Shown piece by piece: positions 19,615 to 25,448 of a DNA stretch of 64,000 bases. The DNA is taken from NCBI GenBank assembly GCA_001804805.1, contig MHBH01000077.1, positions 87,355-151,354 on the forward strand, written 5' to 3'. The notes under the pieces are model-generated. The model was not told where the DNA came from. It saw only the letters and a program-made list of their open reading frames with translations, and did not search any database. Both the position numbers and the translations under genes were made by a program. This DNA is from Lentisphaerae bacterium GWF2_49_21. GTDB taxonomy: Bacteria; Verrucomicrobiota; Lentisphaeria; Victivallales; GWF2-50-93. Position 1 is the first letter of the stretch. Each line of letters opens with the position of its first letter.

Positions 19615-20619
19615 ATGCCACGCAAAAACGTCAAGATAAACAAACCGCCGGTGCTCATCAGGCAGACCCAGAAAAGCATCCAGAAGATCGAAAAGATGCT
19701 CGACGGGACTTTCCTATCATACTGGAATTCGCCCGGAGGATCCGTCTGCCACAACGATGTGATGGCGTTCTACGAGATCCTCAAATACATGAAGACCGGG
19801 AAGAATCTCTACCTCTTCATAAAGTCCAACGGCGGAGATGGAGAGGCTTCACTGCGAATCGTGAACCTGCTCAGGAAGCATTTCAACAAGATCATCGCGA
19901 TCCTCCCTCTTGAATGCGCGTCAGCGGCAACTATGATCGCCCTCGGCGCCGACGAGGTCCAGATGGGCCCCCTCGCCTACCTCACAGCAATCGACACCTC
20001 CCTCTGCCACAGTTTGTCGCCAGTCGACAAGAACAACCAGACGGTAAGCGTCAGCCAGGACGAGCTCACCCGCGTGATCCGCCTCTGGCACGAATATAAA
20101 CAGGGAGCCGGCGAAAATCCTTACAAATCGCTCTATCCGCACATACATCCCCTGGTTTTCGGGGCGATTGACAGGGCGAGTTCGCTTTCAATCAAGCTCT
20201 GCAAGGAAATTCTCTCGTACCACATAAAGGACGCCAAGGTTTCCGACAAGATAAGCCAGCACCTCAATTCGAACTATCCTTCGCACGAATATCCGATCAC
20301 CCTCCGCGAAGCCCAGAGGATCGGGCTGAAGGTCAAGGCGATAGATCCCGCCCTCAACGATCTGCTGATCGAACTGAACTCATATTATTCTGAGATGGGA
20401 CAGCGGGCCCTGACCGACTACGACGAGGAGAACTACCACAACAACGAGATCCTGAACATCCTCGAAGGCGACCGCATCCAGATCTACTACCAGAACGACA
20501 AGGACTGGCACTACAGGAAAGAGGAAAGGCGCTGGGTGCCTCTGAACGACATAAGCCTCTGGTACAGGCAGGTAGTCTCAGGGAAGAAGATCGTCTCTTC
20601 GAAGTTCCATATCAGATAA
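19615..20619 (+). CDS. ClpP-fold serine protease (SDH/SppA-like family)
   Basis: Start at the ATG at 19615. IKSNGGDGEASLRIVNLL...ECASAATMIALGADEV resembles serine dehydrogenase proteinase family proteins. Confidence 0.65.
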   Translation: MPRKNVKINKPPVLIRQTQKSIQKIEKMLDGTFLSYWNSPGGSVCHNDVMAFYEILKYMKTGKNLYLFIKSNGGDGEASLRIVNLLRKHFNKIIAILPLECASAATMIALGADEVQMGPLAYLTAIDTSLCHSLSPVDKNNQTVSVSQDELTRVIRLWHEYKQGAGENPYKSLYPHIHPLVFGAIDRASSLSIKLCKEILSYHIKDAKVSDKISQHLNSNYPSHEYPITLREAQRIGLKVKAIDPALNDLLIELNSYYSEMGQRALTDYDEENYHNNEILNILEGDRIQIYYQNDKDWHYRKEERRWVPLNDISLWYRQVVSGKKIVSSKFHIR

Positions 20620-20645
20620 ATTTCCGGACGGAAATTTATATTTTG
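20617..20645 (+). terminator. stop-codon-embedded palindrome TAAATTTCCG-GA-CGGAAATTTA followed by TATTTTG
   Basis: 10-bp stem whose first three bases are the TAA stop codon; a T-rich tail follows. Confidence 0.5.
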
Positions 20646-20649
20646 ATTT

Positions 20650-20787
20650 GCTTGTAGTAGTGCAATTTATTGCACATTCTAGAAGTAGGGACGGGCTTTA
20701 GCCTGTCCCACTCTTATAATCAAGATGGTACATGCTGAAGCACGTACCTACTTGGAATAACGGCGTATAAATTCGCCTACTACAAAC
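20650..20787. repeat. two-shell composite REP element (138 bp)
   Basis: Outer shell: GCTTGTAGTAG+TGCAATTTATTGCA and GGCGTATAAATTCGCC+TACTACAAAC. Inner REPIN at 20685-20751, same as the 18241 unit in opposite orientation with a diverged spacer. Confidence 0.8.
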
Positions 20788-20811
20788 ATGATCTGCGTGA
20801 AACTTGAACTC

Positions 20812-20879
20812 GTTGGAGTACAAACTTTAGTTTGTCTTCAGGATCAAAAAAATACGCAAGCTAAAGCTTGTACTCCAAC
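20812..20879. repeat. GTTGGAG-headed REPIN doublet with non-identical stems
   Basis: GTTGGAGTACAAACTTTAGTTTGTC (20812-20836) and CAAGCTAAAGCTTGTACTCCAAC (20857-20879). Confidence 0.75.
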
Positions 20880-20883
20880 CTAA

Positions 20884-21477
20884 TCAATTGGATCGGCGCA
20901 GGTCTTCTTGTAATTTTTTAACGGCCTTATACTCCTCCGAATCTGATTCCGTGCCGGCGACTACCGCCTTCACTATCGCCGAAATCTTCTCCTGCTGCTC
21001 CGGATTTATCCCGGCTTTTCCAAGTATTTCAGAAACTCCATCGATATATTTTTTTCCGCTGGCGGAAAAAAATATTATGACAAGAGAAGTCTTCACGACA
21101 CACGGATCACACTTGGTTCCGCCAAGGACATTGTCCGCCAGCTTGCACGCCTTTTCAAGATCCTTCTGGGCTTTGTCATCCAGCTTGAACTGACTGGAAA
21201 GAAGCGCCTTGACCTTCTCGATTACAGGTGATGCTGATTCGTCCTTTGAAGCCCTTCCGAGGCACTGGTCGGCGAACTTGCACCATTTGGCGCAGCCAAG
21301 ATCTATTCTGGGATTCTTGATCTCATTGCTGCATTTTTTGCAGATAAGGAAAGGTTCATCTTTCCAGAATTCCATCTCATTGCCGCAGTGCGGACATTTC
21401 AGCGTGAATATGTCCTCCGGCTTCCAGAATCTCATGTCCTGCCCCGGACACCTTGGCCTTGCGTTGTCGGATTTCAT
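20884..21477 (-). CDS. zinc-ribbon domain hypothetical protein
   Basis: 197 aa. N-terminal CPHCG...CKKC plus further Cys pairs. I recognise no family. Confidence 0.55.
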   Translation of the reverse strand: MKSDNARPRCPGQDMRFWKPEDIFTLKCPHCGNEMEFWKDEPFLICKKCSNEIKNPRIDLGCAKWCKFADQCLGRASKDESASPVIEKVKALLSSQFKLDDKAQKDLEKACKLADNVLGGTKCDPCVVKTSLVIIFFSASGKKYIDGVSEILGKAGINPEQQEKISAIVKAVVAGTESDSEEYKAVKKLQEDLRRSN

Positions 21478-21493
21478 TTATCAAAACCTTTTT

Positions 21494-21523
21494 TTGACAG
21501 GATAACAGGATTTACAGGATAAT
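21494..21523 (+). promoter_or_regulatory. promoter module copy 2: TTGACA-N18-GATAAT, spacer = 3 x ACAGGATWA; candidate promoter of the C1 operon
   Basis: Perfect -35 at 21494-21499 and GATAAT at 21518-21523. The next plus-strand gene starts at 21985, implying a leader of about 450 nt. Confidence 0.5.
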
Positions 21524-21600
21524 AATATTGTATGCCTTAGCATGCGGAAATCAAGCTTAATATTTTCATGTAACCGCCGGACTCGCAACGTTCCTATTTC

Positions 21601-21740
21601 GCTTGCAGTAGTCCGCCTAGGCGGATTTGCGCGTTAAGTAGGTACGTGCTTTAGCATGTACCATCTTAGTTTCCAGGAATGGGACAGGCTAAAGCCCGTC
21701 CCTACTTTAAAAAAACGCGCAAACATGCGCTACTACGAAC
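21601..21740. repeat. two-shell composite REP element (140 bp) with an extra 10-bp stem
   Basis: Outer shell: GCTTGCAGTAG+TCCGCCTAGGCGGA and GCGCAAACATGCGC+TACTACGAAC. Extra stem TTTGCGCGTT/AACGCGCAAA. Inner REPIN at 21638-21705. Confidence 0.8.
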
Positions 21741-21771
21741 GGAATCCTTTATTTTGCCAAGTCAGATGCTT

Positions 21772-21795
21772 TTGCCGGCGAGACGCCAGCGCTCC
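21772..21795 (+). repeat. left copy of a 24-bp perfect inverted repeat bracketing the homocysteine methyltransferase gene
   Basis: TTGCCGGCGAGACGCCAGCGCTCC. Its exact reverse complement is at 22925-22948. It contains a local GGCG-AGA-CGCC hairpin. Confidence 0.8.
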
Positions 21796-21805
21796 CTTAT
21801 TGATA

Positions 21806-21856
21806 ATAATGCCAATATGCCTTGCCATTTCTCAGGGCAAAGCATATTGGCATTAT
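21806..21856 (+). other. long hairpin (about 20 bp) in the putative operon leader
   Basis: ATAATGCCAATATGC-C-TTGCC[atttctcag]GGCAA-A-GCATATTGGCATTAT. No U-tract follows. Confidence 0.6.
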
Positions 21857-21984
21857 CCTGCAATATACTTGAAGTTTGCTATAAAGCTGCAAAACCCGGC
21901 TTTTATTTATTCGGGTGTATAATTATTGTTTGGCGTTTACTTGAGCGATGCAATATTTTACCAAAATTATTTTAGGAGGCTGAT

Positions 21985-22881
21985 ATGGGCAGGGGAAAAA
22001 TTGTTGACGCGCTGAAGAGCGGAAAAATCCTGGTTTCCGACGGGGCATGGGGGACTTTCCTTCAGAAAAAAGGACTTAAGCCGGGCGAGTGTCCGGAACT
22101 CTGGTGCATAGACCGTCCGGACGATGTCTATGATGTCGCCAAGAACTACATCGATGCCGGTGCGGACATGGTCGAATCCGACAGTTTCGGCGGAACCTGC
22201 TTCAAGCTCGAGCACTACCACCTCGCGGAAAGGACCGCCGAGATCAACATTGCCTCCGCCAAAATCTCCCGCAAGGCCGCCGGTGACAATAAATGGGTCA
22301 TAGCGTCAATTGGACCGACAGGAAAAATGCTTGTCATGGGGGATGTCACCGAAGACGATCTCTACAAGGCCTTCAAGGAACAGGCTGTCGCGCTGGAAAA
22401 AGGTGGAGCCGACGCCATCTGCATCGAGACAATGAGCGCGACCGACGAGGCTGCAATAGCCATCAAGGCCGTCAAGGAAAACACAAAATGCGAAGTCATC
22501 TGCACGTTCACCTTCGAACTGACCGCGCACGGCGGATACAGGACCATGATGGGCGTCACTCCTGCCGATGCCGCAAAGGCCGCGCTTGAAGCAGGCGCCG
22601 ACATAATCGGTCCGAACTGCGGGAACGGCATTGAACGAATGATCGAGATCGTCAGGGAAATAAAGAAAGCCGCTCCTAAGTCATTTATCCTCGTCCATGC
22701 GAACGCCGGACTTCCGAAAAACGTCAACGGCGTTGACATATTCCCGGAGACGCCAGAAGAAATGGCGAAGAGGGTTCCTGAACTTATCAAAGCCGGCGCA
22801 AACATCATCGGCGGCTGCTGCGGAACGACACCGGCACATATAAAGGCGATAAAGCAGGCGGTGGAAACCTGCAAGAAGTAA
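21985..22881 (+). CDS. stand-alone homocysteine S-methyltransferase domain protein (MetH N-terminal module type)
   Basis: 298 aa. LVSDGAWGT, IGPTG, ETMSA, GPNCG, HANAGLP and GGCCGTTPAHIK align with the MetH Hcy-binding domain, including the Zn-ligand cysteines. Confidence 0.85.
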   Translation: MGRGKIVDALKSGKILVSDGAWGTFLQKKGLKPGECPELWCIDRPDDVYDVAKNYIDAGADMVESDSFGGTCFKLEHYHLAERTAEINIASAKISRKAAGDNKWVIASIGPTGKMLVMGDVTEDDLYKAFKEQAVALEKGGADAICIETMSATDEAAIAIKAVKENTKCEVICTFTFELTAHGGYRTMMGVTPADAAKAALEAGADIIGPNCGNGIERMIEIVREIKKAAPKSFILVHANAGLPKNVNGVDIFPETPEEMAKRVPELIKAGANIIGGCCGTTPAHIKAIKQAVETCKK

Positions 22882-22882
22882 T

Positions 22883-22917
22883 TTGATACTTGATACTCGT
22901 AACTTGAAATTGGAAAT
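22883..22917 (+). repeat. 5 x 7-mer tandem array (TTGATAC TTGATAC TCGTAAC TTGAAAT TGGAAAT)
   Basis: Begins 2 nt after the stop codon at 22879-22881. Confidence 0.65.
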
Positions 22918-22924
22918 TATTATC

Positions 22925-22948
22925 GGAGCGCTGGCGTCTCGCCGGCAA
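22925..22948 (-). repeat. right copy of the 24-bp inverted repeat (GGAGCGCTGGCGTCTCGCCGGCAA)
   Basis: Exact reverse complement of 21772-21795. Confidence 0.8.
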
Positions 22949-22970
22949 TTGATTTAGAAATTCGAAATTA

Positions 22971-22995
22971 GTTGGAGTTCACAGCTTTAGCGTGT
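22971..22995 (+). repeat. single GTTGGAG-headed REP
   Basis: GTTGGAGTTCACAGCTTTAGCGTGT, identical to 18803-18827. Confidence 0.75.
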
Positions 22996-23038
22996 TCTTT
23001 AATTATCGATAAATAATATAATTGGAGGAATTGTTAAT

Positions 23039-24106
23039 ATGAAAACCAAATTCACCGCCACAGGCATTGGCAGTATGCCATTTCCGGATCCCGACTACGC
23101 AGTAAAGGTATCCCTCTCGAAGATGTGCAACGCCCCGATCTGGCCCCAGCTCCCGAAGCTCGGCCTGCATGAACAGATGGAGATCCAGTATTCCGAAGGC
23201 ATGCCCTGCACAGTGATCGATGAGGAGAAGCACAGGATGTATTTCGACACGTCAAAGGATTATTCCGAATCTTTTGCGCAACTCTACGAAGGCTACATTG
23301 CCGCATCCGAGGAAGGTGGAACCAGGGATTTCTCAAAGATGGCGATAAGCCCGGATTTCTCAAAGGGGATATACGCGCTCGAAAAGGCGCTCCAGGCAAA
23401 AGGCGGAGCAAAACTCCCGTTCGTGAAAGTGCAGACGACCGGTCCGTGCAGTTTCGCCCTGACACTCGTCGACGAGAACAAGCGCGCCATCTACTACAAC
23501 GAAGAGTTCCGCGACATGATCCTCAAGGCTCTTGCCATGAAATCCCGCTGGCAGATCCAGATGTTCCAGCCCTATGCTGAAAAGATCATCTGCTTCATCG
23601 ACGAACCCATCCTCTCGGCTTTCGGAAGCTCGACATATGTATCGGTCAAACGCGATGACGTTGTCATACTCGTAAACGAAGTCTCGGAAGCCATCCATGC
23701 GGAAAAAGCCCTTTCCGGAGTCCATTGCTGTGGAAATACAGAATGGAGCATACTCATCGACGCCGGCGTCGATATCGTAAACTTCGACGCATTCGGTTTC
23801 GGCGAGACGATCGCAATGTATCCGGAAGCTGTAAAGATGCATCTCGAACGCGGTGGAATCCTCGCATGGGGCGTTGTGCCTACATCGACCGCGATAAGGG
23901 ATCAGACCGTCGAGAAGCTTGCCGCGCATCTCGAGAAAATGATGGACAATCTGGCTTCAAAGGGAATCAACAAAAAGCTTATCGCGGAACAGGCGATGAT
24001 CACACCGTCATGCGGAACTGGCTCGATGGAACCGGCTGATGCGGAAAAAGTCTTCGAGACATTGTTCCAGCTCTCGAACACAATGAAAGCTAAGTATGGT
24101 TTTTAA
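23039..24106 (+). CDS. core-MetE-like (cobalamin-independent methionine synthase catalytic-domain family) zinc methyltransferase; candidate corrinoid-protein-dependent methionine synthase
   Basis: 355 aa. TATGIGSMP (compare MetE TTTIGSFP), IDEPIL, GVHCCGN and ITPSCGTG (MetE-type His/Cys/Cys zinc ligands). No N-terminal MetE domain. Confidence 0.65.
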   Translation: MKTKFTATGIGSMPFPDPDYAVKVSLSKMCNAPIWPQLPKLGLHEQMEIQYSEGMPCTVIDEEKHRMYFDTSKDYSESFAQLYEGYIAASEEGGTRDFSKMAISPDFSKGIYALEKALQAKGGAKLPFVKVQTTGPCSFALTLVDENKRAIYYNEEFRDMILKALAMKSRWQIQMFQPYAEKIICFIDEPILSAFGSSTYVSVKRDDVVILVNEVSEAIHAEKALSGVHCCGNTEWSILIDAGVDIVNFDAFGFGETIAMYPEAVKMHLERGGILAWGVVPTSTAIRDQTVEKLAAHLEKMMDNLASKGINKKLIAEQAMITPSCGTGSMEPADAEKVFETLFQLSNTMKAKYGF

Positions 24107-24262
24107 GTAGGTACGGGCTTTAGCCTGTACCATTGGTACACCCTAAAGGGCATACCTAAGAAGTAGGGACGGCCTTTCTGTGTCCGGCGTAGCCTTTTGG
24201 CGAAGTCGGAAGGCTGTCCCAATCAAGAACGTAGAATGGTACAGGCTAAAGCCCGTACCTAC
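24107..24262. repeat. compound REPIN filling the whole intergenic gap (4 REPs)
   Basis: GTAGGTACGGGCTTTAGCCTGTACC at 24107-24131, directly after the TAA stop. Its perfect inverse is at 24238-24262. Inside are a degenerate REP (24135-24160) and GTAGGGACGGCC[37-nt insert]GGCTGTCCC (24163-24220). Confidence 0.85.
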
Positions 24263-24278
24263 TTTAAGAAGATAAACT

Positions 24279-25058
24279 ATGAAAATCGCAATATCAGGGA
24301 AAGGGGGGGTGGGCAAATCGACACTTGCCGCCGCCCTCGCCCTGCTCATGGCGGAGAAGAAGAGAAAAGTGCTTGCGCTAGACACGGATCCGGCTGCGAA
24401 TCTCGCAAACGCCATCGGCATTCCTGCAGACATCAGGAACAAGATTATCCCAATTTCCAAACAAAAATCCCTGATCGAAGAGCGCACCGGCGCAAAAGTG
24501 AAACAATACGGACAGATGTTCAAGCTGAATCCTGAAGTCTCTGACATCGCCGACAAGTACGCCGTCAATTACAATGGAGTCTCCCTCATCGTGGTTGGCG
24601 CGATCGAAAAAGGCGGGAGCGGCTGTGCGTGTCCGGAGAGCGTCCTGATCAGGGCACTTGTGACAAACCTCGTGCTCCACAGGAACGAGGCGCTGATAAT
24701 GGACATGGAGGCCGGTGTCGAACATCTCGGCAGGGCGACCGCCAGCGGTGTCGACGGCATGATCATAGTCGTGGAGCCCGGACAGCGTTCCATCGACTGC
24801 GCAAAGGCGATAATCGGGATGGCCCATGACATCGGACTGAAGAAGCTGCATATCGTCGCAAACAGGGTGACCTGCCATGAAGACGAAACTTTTGTCAAGA
24901 ATTCTTTTCCTGACCAGGAACTGCTTGGATCTATCCCATTCTCGGAGAAGGTCCGCAAGTCCGATATGAACGAGGTTTCCGTCCTTGAGAAGATAGAACC
25001 GGAGACAAGAAAGGCTTTTGAATCAATTCTAAATAATGTTGAGAGGCTTTTAAAATGA
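24279..25058 (+). CDS. cooC: CODH/ACS nickel-insertion ATPase (CooC/AcsF family)
   Basis: 259 aa. P-loop GKGGVGKST; CooC CxC motif (GSGCACPES). Confidence 0.85.
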   Translation: MKIAISGKGGVGKSTLAAALALLMAEKKRKVLALDTDPAANLANAIGIPADIRNKIIPISKQKSLIEERTGAKVKQYGQMFKLNPEVSDIADKYAVNYNGVSLIVVGAIEKGGSGCACPESVLIRALVTNLVLHRNEALIMDMEAGVEHLGRATASGVDGMIIVVEPGQRSIDCAKAIIGMAHDIGLKKLHIVANRVTCHEDETFVKNSFPDQELLGSIPFSEKVRKSDMNEVSVLEKIEPETRKAFESILNNVERLLK

Positions 25059-25267
25059 AAACGGATGTCGTGCGTGAAAAATATGTCCGTCTCATGACGG
25101 AAATCGAGGATCTCGAGGACAAGATCGAGAAAGCTGAGAAAAAAGTTTCAAAGAAGGCCGGAAAGAAGGCTGAAAAGGAGCTTGAGCTGATGAAAGAACA
25201 GCTTGCGGCGAAAAGGAACGAGCTCGCAAGGATCAGCGACGGCTGCGGAAAACCGCATGCGCATTAG
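25055..25267 (+). CDS. small coiled-coil protein with a C-terminal Cys/His tail (hypothetical)
   Basis: 70 aa. ATGA overlap with cooC (translational coupling). Lys/Glu-rich heptad-like sequence ending in DGCGKPHAH. Confidence 0.45.
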   Translation: MKTDVVREKYVRLMTEIEDLEDKIEKAEKKVSKKAGKKAEKELELMKEQLAAKRNELARISDGCGKPHAH

Positions 25268-25269
25268 AA

Positions 25270-25439
25270 GTAGGGACGGCCTTTCTGTGTCCGGCGTAGC
25301 CTTTTGGCGAAGTCGGAAGGCTGTCCCAAGCAAGAAAGCAGAATGGTACAGGCTAAAGCCCGTACCTAAGAAGTAGGGACGGCCTTTAGGCTGTCCCAAG
25401 TAAGAATGTAGAATGGTACAGGCTAAAGCCCGTACCTAC
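25270..25439. repeat. two tandem REPIN doublets
   Basis: 25270-25327 is identical to 24163-24220 (the insert-bearing REP). Paired REP at 25345-25366. GTAGGGACGGCCTTTAGGCTGTCCC at 25373-25397 is the insert-free version. GGTACAGGCTAAAGCCCGTACCTAC at 25415-25439. Confidence 0.85.
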
Positions 25440-25448
25440 TTAAACAAA

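Noticed and set aside
21985-22881. Calling this gene acsE (methyl-THF:CFeSP methyltransferase) because of its position in the acs cluster
   Set aside because: The sequence aligns with the MetH homocysteine-binding domain (DGAWGT, GPNCG, GGCCGTTP), not with pterin-binding DHPS-like AcsE.
24197-24535. ORFs beginning MVQAKARTY..., MVHAKARTY... or MGQAKARPY... (also 25148..25399, 21656..21975, 44660..44962, and the N-terminal extensions of 25413 and 43771)
   Set aside because: Their shared peptide is simply the translation of the REP consensus GGTACAGGCTAAAGCCCGTACCTAC. The true starts of cooC-2 (25449) and araC (44047) lie downstream of the repeats.
18206-25439. Integron gene-cassette array, with the structured intergenic elements acting as attC sites
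   Set aside because: The conserved ends read GTAG.../...CTAC (or GTTGGAG/CTCCAAC) with GTT/AAC on the outer side. That does not match the attC arrangement RYYYAAC...GTTRRRY. There is no intI-like integrase, and gene orientation is mixed. GTAG plus a hairpin fits REPs better.
24107-25439. CRISPR array, suggested by repeated 25-nt palindromic units
   Set aside because: The units occur in alternating orientation as inverted doublets. They have no regular repeat-spacer periodicity, are separated by genes, and no cas genes are present.
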